64,000 bases of DNA from Octopus sinensis (GCF_006345805.1 NC_043011.1:9238001-9302000); one strand, 5' to 3'. Positions 1 through 14,540 are shown, counted from the stretch's first letter. Program-made: numbers and translations. Notes: a model not told the origin generated them from the letters alone.

Positions 1-34
1 ATCTATCTGTATATCTATCTATCTATCTCTCAGC

Positions 35-76
<42 letters not shown>

Positions 77-102
77 GTATATCTATCTATCTATCTCTCA
101 GC

Positions 103-141
<39 letters not shown>

Positions 142-253
142 AATCCGGGGTGTGTCGTAACACACATTATTATTAATTTCATTTTTGTAAAAGTTGACTA
201 CTTTTCCATTACTTCAAGCAATCGTCAGATGGAACAGTAATAAAAGTATGTTT

Positions 254-303
<50 letters not shown>
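1..303. repeat. (ATCT)n array (1-140) and inverted (GATA)n array (255-303)
   Basis: Direct reading; the two arrays are reverse complements flanking ~115 bp of unique sequence. Confidence 0.95.
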
Positions 304-305
<2 letters not shown>

Positions 306-401
306 CGCATCAATTTCTGACGTCTGTTTAATTGATAATACCTTTCTCCATTTTGTTTTTTTGTGTGTACATTATTATCGTTATTATTATTATTATTATT
401 A

Positions 402-439
<38 letters not shown>

Positions 440-2073
440 TCCGTTGTTGCAATTTAATTGGTGTGTTCATCCTGAGAGGAAAGGTGTGTTAAAAATAACT
501 TGGCAAACAGATGCCGAAAAAATAATCAGAAAATATGGCGTTGGTGAAGCAGAAGGAAAATGTTGAAATTTATTTTCTGGAACCATTTTGGCAGAATTGA
601 GTAGAATTTAGCCATTATGTAGAATAGACATATACATGGATTCCATTGGCACCAAACCACAAACTAATAAGGTACTTATTCTAAATGATGTTTAGTATGA
701 ACCTGGTAGAGATTCTATCGACCCACAAGTTATGAAAGAGGAATCCAACAGCGATGGGTATGAAGTGAGATACCGCAAGGTGGTCTGACGATTTCTTTGG
801 CATCTCCGCCCCCTTTGTATAGTGCATGTGTGTGTGTGTGTGTGGTGGGTGATCATATATGTGTGCCTCGAAGCAAAGTTAGCTCCTTTGAAACTCTTAC
901 AGTTTGCACACACACGTATTTTTTTTTTTTTTTTTTTGACAGCTTATTTTAACACATATTCTATGAATCGAAAGAATATTGATAACAACAACAACAACAA
1001 TATTTCAAGGATTTTTACGACTAAATGATAATAAGGTTGCAATAAAAAATGTAAAATACTTGATTTTTAGTGACTAAATAACTTTGGTAAAGTAATATTG
1101 GTCACAGATTTATATTCGTCCTTGAACATTTCTTCTTTACAGAAGGCGTCGGAATATTTTACAGAACCAATACTCCAAGATGTTATGGTATTCGCTGTTA
1201 GTCCCATGTCAAGCCTGATCGAACACGCTTACGACGACAGACCTTCCAACCGTAATCATCCAGTCTTTTGTATATCTCGGACTTCACTATTGAAGGTGTC
1301 CTTCATGGTTTTAAAAATTGTAAGGCATAATTTGAGAGGATTTAGCTGCTCTTTCTAACAGACTTCCTCCTTTGGCTTGAATAACGATTCAAGTTGTTTG
1401 AACAGGTAAAGGAAGCGGTAAGTTCTCCAATAGTCAAACGTATGACTCGGTTTCGATTCCTGGATGAGAGAAACTAATGAAACCAAATTTGTTCACTTAA
1501 GGCTACCAGAAAAGTGATAAACGCCACAACTTCTCACTTTCTTTCATCTGTATGTAATTTAGACATTGTACTTTATACGATGCATTAAAATCATTATAAT
1601 TATTACTGTTGTCATTATTATTATCAATACCAGCTATACTAATGCCCTTCCAATACAATGGAATTCAGCAATAATTAAGCATCTGGCAAAATGATAACCG
1701 CGATCTAGTTTCGAGTCTATTTTAACTCTTAAGAAATGCATGAACGTCACATAATCTTATCACTGTAAATTTGAATCTATTTGTCTTTAACATCAATTTT
1801 TCTCCATTGATATTTAAATTCTTTTTTTTATTTTTCTTAAAGATAATTCTTTTCTTTTAAGTCATATTTTCGATTTGGTGATTAGAGTTCGAATCTAACC
1901 AACATCAAATGAATTTATGGCGGATTTATTTTACTTTAAATACAATTAGAGAATAGAGTCAATAAAAAGAGTACGGGAGAGAGTACATCATTGGGAGTAG
2001 TTTGAGAGGCGACAGGAAAGAGTAGCCAGAAGTAAGGAGCAGAGTTGTGTGAGGAGGATGTGAAAAGGGAGTA

Positions 2074-2106
<33 letters not shown>

Positions 2107-2570
2107 CGGAGAGAGATATAGGGATCAGCTGTTTACTCAGTAGATTATATTTTCTCTTTCTTTTTCTCTGTCAGGTAATTCCAAGGAATGTAAACGGTCC
2201 TCTAACACTTTCACTCCACACACACACACTCTCTCTCCTTCTCTCTCTCTCACTCTAATTAATTTTTTATTACGTCATTACTTTCAATGTCAAAGTGAAC
2301 TGGTTAAATTTTATTTTTCCATTTTCTTTAATATTTTATGTTAATATAGATGTACATTAATTATGCTAATTATCATTATCTAAATTTATAAATGCATGTA
2401 TGTATATATAATCCATACAAATATATATGTGCCACATACCTTCAATTTCGTCCTTTGTGAGCTGAGACTAAAATAAACAGAAAAAAAGGTTAGAATGAAA
2501 TGAAGAATAAAAACATTGCTTCTTTCTTTTAAAACTTTCTAAAATATAACGCTAAGTTTTAATTGCACTA

Positions 2571-2574
<4 letters not shown>

Positions 2575-2639
<65 letters not shown>

Positions 2640-3733
2640 ATGTATAAAACTAGCAAATGTTAATTTTGTTTTTAGGTAAAATTCAAATTTAATTCTTTTC
2701 GTATTTATAAATTGGAATTTACAAAGCATATATGTAGGAATGTCTGCTACTATTTACTAAAAGTTTACATTGGAGAAGATTTCCTGCCAACGCAAAGATA
2801 ACTTACCATTTTGTTTATGCTTACTGAGTGCTGCCAGTCGTGGTAAGTCTGTACCTCGCTAAAGTGGGAATGCTAGATATACCGTTTCTGCTATTACCTA
2901 GGTAGTCTTATTTTATTGGGAGCAGTTGATATTTCACCCTAGGGGGGTAAGGCTTTTTATAGAAATCTGAAGTTTTGTAAAAAGTCGGAATTTTTAAAAA
3001 CGAATTAACTGCAATTGAAGAAAAATAAACAGAAAACAAATATAAATATAGAAATATATATTGACAGCTTCAAAATTTTCAACTTTCTCCTGAAGTTGAA
3101 TACAAACTTTTAATATGAGTAAATAATGGAAAAAGTTGGAAAATGGTAGTGAGAAGAGGAAGGTGGGGACTCCTGTACACCCCCTAATTAATTGTTCCAA
3201 TAAGGTTGAACCCGTCTTACCGGATGTGACGATTTGACCAGCTACTTGGTGCGCAACATGCAATCCGATATTCTATATCTATAATTAGAGGTAGAAATAA
3301 AATTCTAGCTGATGAAGATACTCCGCAGCAATTATTTTTTTTTACCTTCCTCGGGTAGAGAAAGGACGAACACACACAACACACACACACGCACATACAC
3401 ACACACATACACACACACACACACACGCACACACACACGCACACACAAACGCACACACACATACACACACACACATACCACACACACACCACACACACAC
3501 ACACACCACACACACCACACACACACAGTTGTGTATATTGATTTTAATGTATTCAAGTATTTATGTATAAATAAAAGTAAATACTTAGAGTGACATGCTT
3601 TTGTGTTCCATACACGAAAATTTATTTATACCTATCTACAATTACACACACACACACACACACATATATACGTACATATATATATGTGTGTGTGTGTTAG
3701 TGTATGTACATATATAATATATATATATATATA

Positions 3734-3773
<40 letters not shown>

Positions 3774-4840
3774 ATGTATAAAACTAGCAAATGTTAATTT
3801 TGTTTTTAGGTAAAATTCAAATTTAATTCTTTTCGTATTTATAAATTGGAATTTACAAAGCATATATGTAGGAATGTCTGCTACTATTTACTAAAAGTTT
3901 ACATTGGAGAAGATTTCCTGCCAACGCAAAGATAACTTACCATTTTGTTTATGCTTACTGAGTGCTGCCAGTCGTGGTAAGTCTGTACCTCGCTAAAGTG
4001 GAATGCTAGATATACCGTTTCTGCTATTACCTAGGTAGTCTTATTTTATTGGGAGCAGTTGATATTTCACCCTAGGGGGGTAAGGCTTTTTATAGAAATC
4101 TGAAGTTTTGTAAAAAGTCGGAATTTTTAAAAACGAATTAACTGCAATTGAAGAAAAATAAACAGAAAACAAATATAAATATAGAAATATATATTGACAG
4201 CTTCAAAATTTTCAACTTTCTCCTGAAGTTGAATACAAACTTTTAATATGAGTAAATAATGGAAAAAGTTGGAAAATGGTAGTGAGAAGAGGAAGGTGGG
4301 GACTCCTGTACACCCCCTAATTAATTGTTCCAATAAGGTTGAACCCGTCTTACCGGATGTGACGATTTGACCAGCTACTTGGTGCGCAACATGCAATCCG
4401 ATATTCTATATCTATAATTAGAGGTAGAAATAAAATTCTAGCTGATGAAGATACTCCGCAGCAATTATTTTTTTTTACCTTCCTCGGGTAGAGAAAGGAC
4501 GAACACACACACACACACACACGCACATACACACACACATACACACACACACACACACGCACACACACACGCACACACAAACGCACACACACATACACAC
4601 ACACACATACACACACACACACATACACACACACACACACCACACACACACACACACACACAGTTGTGTATATTGATTTTAATGTATTCAAGTATTTATG
4701 TATAAATAAAAGTAAATACTTAGAGTGACATGCTTTTGTGTTCCATACACGAAAATTTATTTATACCTATCTACAATTACACACACACACACACACACAT
4801 ATATACGTACATATATATATGTGTGTGTGTGTTAGTGTAT
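2575..4840 (+). repeat. ~1133-bp tandem duplication (two near-identical units with microsatellite junctions)
   Basis: Identical ORFs at 2994..3263 and 4127..4396 (offset 1133). Visible differences are microsatellite length and a homopolymer indel (aaagtgggaatg vs aaagtggaatg). Confidence 0.9.
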
Positions 4841-4991
4841 GTACATATATATATATATATATATATACGTACATACATATATATGTGTGTGTGTTAGTGT
4901 ATATATATAGATATATATATATATGTATATATTTATACATATATACGTATATACTTATATATATATGCATATATTTATATATATATGTATT

Positions 4992-5050
<59 letters not shown>

Positions 5051-5306
5051 TACACACATACACACACATTCATGCATAAATACGTACATATAGACATAAT
5101 ATACACGCATGCATGAACTTTCATACGCACGTTTTGCAAATAAGTACAGGTATACCAAATTACACAGCTATACATTCTATACATGAGTGTATGTATGTTT
5201 ACGTAGATGTCTATAAACACACGCACGAGCGCGCGCACACACATATACACACGTGTGTATATAAATTTATATTTGTGTATGTATTTATATATACCAATTT
5301 ACAGAT

Positions 5307-5341
<35 letters not shown>

Positions 5342-5467
5342 TATGTATGTATATATATTATGTATATATATATGTGTGTGTGTGTATTTGTGTATGTTTC
5401 CTTAAATCTTGGATATATATACATGCTCATTTAATTACATTTCTCATACATGCATATTCACAGACAC

Positions 5468-5514
<47 letters not shown>

Positions 5515-6332
5515 TTTGCATTGCAGCAAACCTATTTCCATTGTAGAATAATCATTTTATCTAATTAGCAATCTACAGATATTTATCTCATCTTTTCGTT
5601 TCGTTCTAAAGTAGTACGGTCTATTAGGAGCTCTGGAAAGGTTCCATCGCACTTATGCACAATGTCCACCCAGCAATTTCACTGCATATTTCTACTGTAG
5701 AATATTGTTAGGTACAGTTGAATTATCTCAGAGAAGTGCGATGACTGCACTCATTAGAAATAAAACAAAAAGGAAGTTGACTGATTTTAAATGTTTTTAA
5801 TTAGTTTTAAATTATTTTCTGTGATATGATTGTTTATATTAAGTTTACAACTGCAGTACCGGTAAAAAATAACGGGATCTACTTAAGTACGGAATAACTT
5901 ATGCAAACTTATTTGAACTATAAAAATGCTGGATGTAATATTAGGGAAAGAGAGAGAAAGAGAGAAAAGGAGGACGAAAGAAATAGAGGGAGAGATATAT
6001 GTATGTCTATATATATACATGCATGTATGTATGTATATATGTATATATATATATATATATATATGTGGTGTGTGTGTGTGTGTGTGTGTGTGTGTAGGTA
6101 TGGAAAGGTTGGATTTAGATTCGTCCTTTAATTTGGAGGTTTCTCAAAAAGATTTCTATTATTGATTCTTCATATTTTGCTGGTAGTTTACAGGTGTAAA
6201 TTTGCGAATATGAAAATAATACTTGTATATGATGTGTTGCGAATTTATGGAAAGAAATTCAATAAAACTCAACGATTTTAAACTAAATTGCTGAGTCTTA
6301 TCGGATTTCTTTCCATAAATTCACAACATATC

Positions 6333-6373
<41 letters not shown>

Positions 6374-6431
6374 TGTGACAATTATTCGGTTGCCATAATA
6401 AAACTCCGAGTTTCGGATGTTGGGGTGGAAA

Positions 6432-6503
6432 CCTGCACCGGCATCTCTTCAGTTGTCGAGGCAATTTCGATTGCCTCGACAACTGAAGAGATGCCGGTGC
6501 AGG
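6432..6503. other. Perfect 34-bp inverted repeat with 4-nt loop (72-nt hairpin)
   Basis: cctgcaccggcatctcttcagttgtcgaggcaat (6432-6465) + ttcg + exact reverse complement (6470-6503). Confidence 0.97.
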
Positions 6504-6910
6504 GGCATGCAGCACAGAATTTTGTCAGTGAACCGGTCGCGGTCTCAAGGCAACGAAAGTATTTTGGCAAATTAAATTTAAATGTTGAAGTGAATCTAAC
6601 GGGTTTTGTGTGTTTCTTAAATGGCTTATAAACACCTTTACATATATATATATATATAAATTCTCACACACACACACACACACACACTTTATGCATATAG
6701 ACATATAACTAAATAGACAGACATCATTTTCTGCTTAACATTAATTAATAATCAGCGAGTCTTTTATCTTTTCCATTTCCTAAATATTTTTCTTTTCTTC
6801 CTTTCTTTTAATATACGTTTTAATTTCAGGAACCCACCTCTTTTTTCCCTGTTCCTCTATTTCTTTCTTTTTATCCTTCCCTCCATCAATCCCCCTCTCT
6901 CTCTTCTTCT

Positions 6911-6955
<45 letters not shown>

Positions 6956-7190
6956 CTTCTTTACTAAATTCCCATTCATAAAACTGTTTAATTTACGTTA
7001 ACTTTATCCATGGGGAAAGTCTGGTTATTTCTCTTATATTTTACAGTATAACATTATATTGCATATCTATATATCTGTTTACACACACGTACATGCATGT
7101 GTGTACGTGCGTGTCTGTGAGAGTTTTTGTCTACGTGCGATCACGCGCGAGTGTGTATGTATGCGCTCCTCTGTACGTGTGCGAGCGTGT

Positions 7191-7280
7191 GTGTGCCTGT
7201 GTGTTCGTGTATCAGTGTGTGTGTGCCTGTGTGTTCGTGTATCAGTGTGTGTGTGCCTGCGTGTTCGTGTATCAGTGTGT
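7191..7280 (+). repeat. 30-bp minisatellite x3 built on (GT)n
   Basis: Unit gtgtgcctgtgtgttcgtgtatcagtgtgt repeated three times with one substitution. Confidence 0.9.
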
Positions 7281-7717
7281 GTGTGTGTGTGTGTATCCAC
7301 TTCATTCTATTGAGAGAGAAGCTAAAGGTGATGAACATATTAGGAGCTGGTGTACGCTCTTCTACGTCTGAAGGTGCAAAGATGTGAAGCAGACGACTTC
7401 TTCCCTCAACTAGTTGCCCATACAAAGTGATATTATCATTACACAGGCTGTTGCTTACATTTCACACACACACACACACACACACACGATCGTACATATA
7501 CACATGAACACTCACACAAACACACGTACACACTTATCTATGCATAATATCATATACTCAAACGAACCCAAACAACCACATACACACTAACACACTGTTG
7601 TAGACATAAACACACTCAAGCATTCGCAATCACATGTAAAAAGTCACATACATACATGCATCCATCCATACATACATACATACATATACATACATATATA
7701 TATATACATACATAAAT

Positions 7718-7777
<60 letters not shown>

Positions 7778-7973
7778 TATATATATATATACATATATAA
7801 ATGTGTGTATATATATATATATATTTATTTATATATATATATGTATATACATATATATGTGTGTGTTTGTATGTGTGTGTGTGTGGTGTATTTCCATACA
7901 TGCATAGATAGATGTCAATTTGAATCAATATATTTTACGTGTATGTATGCTTGCGTTTCTTATCGTATGTTTT

Positions 7974-8030
<57 letters not shown>

Positions 8031-8189
8031 TATATATGCGTATCTGTACATATACATGTATATGTAGATGTGTGTATGCGCGCGTGCGCATGCGCGAGTG
8101 CTTCTATTCACCAGAGTTTTTATTTTTATTTTTTTGTTCGCACTTTTGGAAAGGAGTGGGTCTTTGATGTTAGTTCTGGACCACAATAA

Positions 8190-8520
8190 CCTACCGGTGT
8201 AACACATCACTGTAACACACTGCTGTTACATAGCATATAATATAGCATGGTAACATAGTACTATAACATACACTGTATAATACCACTGTGACACCCCACT
8301 ATAAAATACCACTGCAACCTACCAATGTAACACTGTACACAGCACTGTGACATACCATTGTAACATAACGCTGTAACGTAATCGTATAGAAACATCCTCA
8401 CCACTTGTACTGCCGCTGCAACCACTACACGTCGCTACACCTTACAGTATAACACCTTATTTTCTACCATACACAATACTATACTACACATCATATAAAC
8501 GACTATTATACATCCTACAC
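8190..8520 (+). repeat. Degenerate ~13-15-bp minisatellite (consensus ~caccactgtaaca)
   Basis: Recurrent cactgtaacac / cactgtgacac / cattgtaacat motifs. Confidence 0.65.
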
Positions 8521-8559
8521 ACTACAATGTACTGTATATATTTGCACTACATACATAAA

Positions 8560-9349
8560 TACCTTCATACATACATACATACATACATACATACATACAT
8601 ACACACATACATACATACATGCATACACACATACATCCATACATACATACATACATACATACATACACACATACATACACACATACATACATACATACAT
8701 ACACACATACATCCTACATACATACAATACATACATACATACATACAACACATACATACATACATACATACGTACATACATACATACATACATACATACA
8801 CACATACATACATACATACATACACATACACCATACATACATACATACATACATACATACATACATACATACATACATCATACATACATACATACATACA
8901 TACATACATACATACATACATACATACATACATACACACATACATACCATACATACATACATACATACATACACACATACATACATACACACATAACATA
9001 CATACATACATACATACATACATACATACATACATACATACATACATCCACACATACATACATACATACATACATACATACACACATACATACACACCAT
9101 ACATACATACATACATACACATACACACATACATCCATACATACATACATACATACATACATACATACATACATACATACATACACCACATACATCCATA
9201 CATACATACATACATACATACATACACACATACATACACACATACATACATACATACATACGTACATACATACATACATACATACATACACACATACATA
9301 CATACATACCTACATACATACATACCACATACATACATACATACATACA

Positions 9350-9380
<31 letters not shown>

Positions 9381-9705
9381 CATACATACATACATACATA
9401 CACACATCCATACATACATTACATACATACATACACACATACATACATACACCATACATACATACATACATACATACATACACACATACATACATACATA
9501 CATATATACATACATACATACATACATACATACATACATACATACATGCATACATACATACATACGTACATACATACATACATACATACATACATACATA
9601 CATACATACATCATACATGCATACATACATACATGCATACATACATACATGCATACATACATACATGCATACGTATATACATATATGCATACACACACAC
9701 ACATA
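8560..9705 (+). repeat. ~1.15-kb (CATA)n/(CA)n array
   Basis: Direct reading; source of the 404-aa and 379-aa HTYI/MYVC pseudo-ORFs. Confidence 0.97.
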
Positions 9706-9719
9706 CACGTACACTATTA

Positions 9720-10265
9720 TATGGTGAGCGTGCTTTCATAAGTCTATCCATCAGATCCAACGAAGGCCATCCCCTTCTTCCAATGTGACTTTGCAGCTCT
9801 GTCTTTGAGGTCCATCTCTGGTCCAAACAAAAATTGTTACTATTTGGCTGCAGAGACTCACCACTGACTCTTAATTACTCCTTTTCTGGCCCTTACTTGT
9901 GCTCGTGACAGGATTACTTCTTTGTGCCTTTCATCACCTTCCGACATAGAACGATATTTTCTTCCTTTAACGGATCGTTGTTGCTCCTCTTCAAAATGGT
10001 CTTCAACTCTGCTTGGAATTTCTTTGCTTTCCAAATCAAGCGTTGACCTGCTGTAGTTGGTTGTCAAGGTTTCTGCGGGTCATTGATGCCTGAGTTCTCT
10101 CAGATGTTGAGTAACGTACAGAGTGTATTCCATGTTGCTGGTGTTTGTTTGACGGAGGATTTCTTTAAGTGTTATCGCCTCTCACCAAGTGACTGAAAAC
10201 ACAATATGGAGATACTGGACGTGTAAGGGCCATCGCATACATCCATACAATGGAAACCAAAGTGC
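9720..10265 (-). mobile_element. Possible highly decayed RTE-clade LINE fragment
   Basis: Minus-strand peptides RALWFPLYGC and GRRGWPSLDLMD resemble RTE RT C-terminal motifs (..FP..MYGC; GRRRRGRP..RW.D), but there are many stops. Confidence 0.3.
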
Positions 10266-10423
10266 TCGGTAGTCGAGGACTTTGCATACAATCTCAGATG
10301 TTTGTTTGGAAAACACACACACTCTCTCTCTCCCTCTCTCTATCTTTCTATCTCCCTCTGTCTCTTTCTCTGTCTCTATCACTGTCTGTCTGTCTCTGTT
10401 TGTCTGTCTATCGTCTGTCTGCC

Positions 10424-10454
<31 letters not shown>

Positions 10455-10455
10455 T

Positions 10456-10520
<65 letters not shown>

Positions 10521-10788
10521 CTTCCAGACTAGACAGAAACTTGTCTGAAGCAATTTTGATCCCTTCGTCTAGTGTACAATCTTTGGAAATTATGTTGTCT
10601 TGCTTCTGTCTTGAGAGAGATGTGTTACTGAAAGGCAAACACCAGAGCGCGTCAGTGTAAAAACTAGAGTCAAGTAAGGCTGCGTATTGGACAGTGTTCT
10701 GTTTGATATCCTTCCCACGCATATCGCCGCACTGTGTCTCTGGTCTGGTGTTTTCTAACGGTGATTGGTCTAATCTGTTGAATTGATA

Positions 10789-11180
10789 GGCGCAGGAGTG
10801 GGTGTGTGGTAAGTAGCTTGCTTACCAACCACATGGTTCCGGGTTCAGTCCCACTGCATGGCACCTTGGGCAAATGTCTTCTACTATAGCCTCGAGCCGA
10901 CCAAAACCTTGTGAGTGGATTTGGTAGACGGAAACTGAAAGGAGCCCGTCGTATATATGTATATATATATATGTATGTTTGTGTGTTGTGTTTGTCCTCC
11001 CAACATCGCTTGACAACCGATGCTAGTGTGTTTACGTTCCCATAATTTAGTGGTTCGGCAAAACAGACCGATAGAATAAGTACTAGGCTTACAAAGAATA
11101 AGTCTTGGAGTCGATTTGCTCGACTAAAGGCGATGCTCCAGTATGGCCGCAGTCAAATGACTGAAACAAGTAAAAGAGTA
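10789..11180 (+). mobile_element. tRNA-derived SINE family A (near full length)
   Basis: Head ggagtgggtgtgtggtaag...ggttccgggttcagtccc (A/B-box-like), MIR/CORE-like accttgggcaaatgtctt block, internal (TA/TG)n, tail gcagtcaaatgactgaaacaagtaaaagag; multicopy in this window. Confidence 0.85.
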
Positions 11181-12126
11181 AGGAGTAGCTAAAATGGTGC
11201 AATGTGCCATTGAAAGACGATCTAAAATTCCTGGCTGTTAACTAGAGTTTCAATCGTTTCTAAGCTGCAACAGCTGCCGAGCCGAAACCCTGCGGAGCTT
11301 CCGGAGTGAGAGCTCTGATTACAATTACCAGCACGCAGTAGTCCAAAGATCTCATCCGATCTTACCTTAATGTTGTGATACTAAAAAATTACCTTTAAAA
11401 GTGCCAACTTAATAGTAACTCAAACCCTTCATCTCACTTTCCATTCTTCTCCGTTGCAATGTAGTCAAACGTATGCGAAAGATGTTAAACAGAGCAACAT
11501 CCATCACAAAGCCTTGTCGAACATCTATTTTTGCATTAAACATTCCAGATTTGTACCTTCTAAGAACTGGAATCATCATTTCTATGTGGATCTGACACAA
11601 GAAACACACAAATTTAGATGAGAAAACACTTTCTGGAAACGTGCAACAAAAATTCCTTGTTTACAATATCAAAAGCCTTTGACAGATCCCCCCCCCCCAG
11701 GAAACTGGCCCAGATGCTGCTGCTGACACCAAGCATTTCTACACCAGTTTTTCTCAACAATTTTTTTCCTATGGGTTCCGTTGATTTCTATTTTACTGGG
11801 ATTAACTCTCCTGGTCATTCGATGTTTAAAGAATCATTTACTTTTATTGATTAAATACTTTTTAGGAAATGTATAAGAATTGTTAAAATATCATTTTCTA
11901 TTCAAGGTGAATTTTAATAGAAAAATCTTATGTGGACCCTTAAGGTTTATCTGGACCCTCGTTGAGAACCAATGAGTTTAACGATACACCAACTGAAATG
12001 TGTCACGTCATAAACATTTCATCTCTATTTCACAAAACTAATTATAACAGCAACAGTATCAATACCTACATCAACAACAACATTCCCTCCTGCCTCTCTC
12101 TTTATGCATACATACACACACACACA

Positions 12127-12174
<48 letters not shown>

Positions 12175-12407
12175 GTATGAATGCGTGCATGCATGCATGC
12201 ATGCATGTGTGTTATGTTGCGCACATTGATATACTTACTTAGATATTGTGTTTGTGAGTGTTCTAACGATCGTTAACCGGCAATATTAGATATTTACATA
12301 ACGTGATCTCTAACTTACATTAGAGAACTTCAACACGTGTCAGATAGAATTTGGATGTTTTCTCTTCGAGAGCATACATAAATAACTGCAGCAGCCATGA
12401 AGCTTAC

Positions 12408-12452
12408 TTCGGTATAAAGAAATTGTTGCTTGAGGATAAAATTGGCCGCCAT
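12408..12452 (-). CDS. Candidate first coding exon (MAANFILKQQFLYTE, phase-0 donor)
   Basis: ATG within a YY1-type AATATGGCGGC motif, 15 open codons, then GAA|GTAAGC donor at 12407. No homology recognised. Confidence 0.25.
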
Positions 12453-12897
12453 ATTACGATATCTGCAGATTGAGGAAGACATCTTTCCCAGGTTTCTTTC
12501 TGCTGACAACGTCACTGCAATCTTCCATGAGAAATGTCTGAGAGATGTGAAACACGCAAAGGCTGAATCCGTACAAAACAACCAATAATAACATTGTTGC
12601 TGTGTGTGTGTGTGTGTGTGTTGATTGATTAAACACAACGAAGAAAAAATGTCAACATAATTAAATTGGTCGAAATAACTGGATTTCCAGGGGTAAAAAG
12701 TTTTCGTTTTGCAGTTTTGTGGTCGATCGGAATGTTTCTGAATTCGTATTTCTGAAAAATCTGTTGTAAAAGTTACCAACAACAAGAACAACAAAAAGCA
12801 AATAAGAAAACGGTAAACAAGACTCTGAAACATGATATTCCATTACTTGCATCACAAGAAGAATGTTAAGGTGTAATAAAATAAAGGTGGTGATGGT

Positions 12898-12928
<31 letters not shown>

Positions 12929-13343
12929 ACGGTAGGGGTGGGAGTAGGAGGAGGAGGAGGTGGTGGTGGAGGAGGCGTCGATAGTGTAATCTTACATTGA
13001 ATAACCTTAATTGTGATTAAGTTGTTAGGTGGCTAATTATGTTCAGGCATGTAACATATTCGCCTGAAGAAATTAGTTGATAAGCGAAAATTAAATGACG
13101 ACTCTTACATAATGTGTCATCTTTATTTATTTGTTACGTGGTCTCTTATACTTGAAAGACCAGAATAGAAGCACCAAGAATGGTACAGAAGAGACGACAT
13201 GATGTGTTACAGAAAGGTACAACGTCCAATTCCTCAAGAAGTTCTTACCAGAGAAATTATTGAACATAACTAAGCATCAGATTATTTCGTTATAGACTAA
13301 ACCCTACCCTCAAAGGTGCTGCTCTTGTGCCTAAATTAGAAAC

Positions 13344-13419
<76 letters not shown>

Positions 13420-13439
13420 GTTATTATTACTATTATTGA

Positions 13440-13990
13440 TGTTGTTGTAGGTAAGTTATTATTAGTAAATTTCATTAGCAAGGATGTTATCCCGATATTT
13501 GGTAAACAAGTCCCTTCAAATCTCAAGACCTCTTCTTCAGATTCTTGCAAAATACAGGATGGTCCCTTTTTGCTTGTCAACAATGTGTCTCTCAATTCCA
13601 GTATTCTTCAGTCGCTTGTCTAGCAATTTGGGAGCCAAGAAATAATTTTTATCTTTGTCTTCCACAATCTTTTCAATTCTCTGATTAGGTTTTCTCAATT
13701 AACTTGATATCCACTTTTCTCTCATAGTCTTTGCACTACTATCGTATCGTGGTGCAAAGTTTATGAGCTTGTCTGCCCTCTTTGCTTCAGTAGTATGATC
13801 AGTCTTTTTGAAAGATCTCACAAAATTCTGTACTTAGCTTTCACTTTGGTAGCTTCTGGTTCGTGTTTATACCACTTCTCTAACATTTCATATACACAAA
13901 CTTGGCTTCCATTCTTGTGTATTCTCTTAAAGACACAGTCTTGCCTGCATTTATACTCTTTTCGTGCTAGCTTACTGGATTCATTTCCCA
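13440..13990 (-). mobile_element. Degenerate R4/Dong-type LINE 3' fragment between two (ATT)n arrays
   Basis: Minus translation SKLARKEYKCRQD..KRIH..EKWYKHEPEA..KYRIL* matches the region downstream of the CCHC motif; arrays at 13345-13440 and 13993-14100. Confidence 0.7.
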
Positions 13991-13995
13991 AGTTA

Positions 13996-14027
<32 letters not shown>

Positions 14028-14037
14028 GTTATTATTA

Positions 14038-14101
<64 letters not shown>

Positions 14102-14420
14102 GCCATTATCATCTCTCAATTCTGTTTCCATTTCTTGCCGAGAGTCTTCCTGTTCGTCAGTTCGTGGAGTCGCAGGAAATTGTTGAGAAATTGTTATAAT
14201 TCTTTGAGAGTTGTTTTGGATTGGTTACAGTTAGTGGCAGAGTAATTGGGAATATATCAGGTGGAGACAGTTTCCTAGTACTATATATCATACTGTATTA
14301 TTAGCGCACGACACTGAGCTGACATATACAGAAGTCACGTTATAAAAAGAGTGACATAGAGAAACCACTATTTACATTATTTACAATTGACGGATATTTG
14401 TCCTCATTTTGTTTGTTGTT

Positions 14421-14466
14421 AACACAACGTTTCGGCTGATATACTCTCCTGCCTTCATCAGGCGTC
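14421..14466 (-). ncRNA. Minimal type-I hammerhead ribozyme in the Penelope pLTR
   Basis: gacgc-CTGATGA-a-ggc(aggagagtatatca)gcc-GAAA-c-GTT-gtgtt. Stem I gacgc/gtgtt pairs with wobbles; stem III is the palindrome AACGTT. Confidence 0.75.
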
Positions 14467-14540
14467 TTGGGGAAATTTCGAACCTGGGTTCTCATTCCTA
14501 AGGTATTTTTTGATGTTATTATTATTGTTATTATTATTCA

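Noticed and set aside
660-800. Possible very old SINE B remnant
   Set aside because: Only scattered short matches (ggtacttatt, atcgaccc, atgaaag); not confidently alignable by eye.
5646-5744. 10-bp inverted repeat catcgcactt/aagtgcgatg
   Set aside because: Matches this short are expected by chance several times in 64 kb.
8515-9741. 404-aa and 379-aa ORFs
   Set aside because: Translations of a (CATA)n array; the same applies to most poly-Y/I/L/HT/CV ORFs in the track.
11400-11720. RT-like words (VRQGFVM..LFNIF on minus; SKAFDR on plus)
   Set aside because: Isolated short motifs on opposite strands; too weak to call elements.
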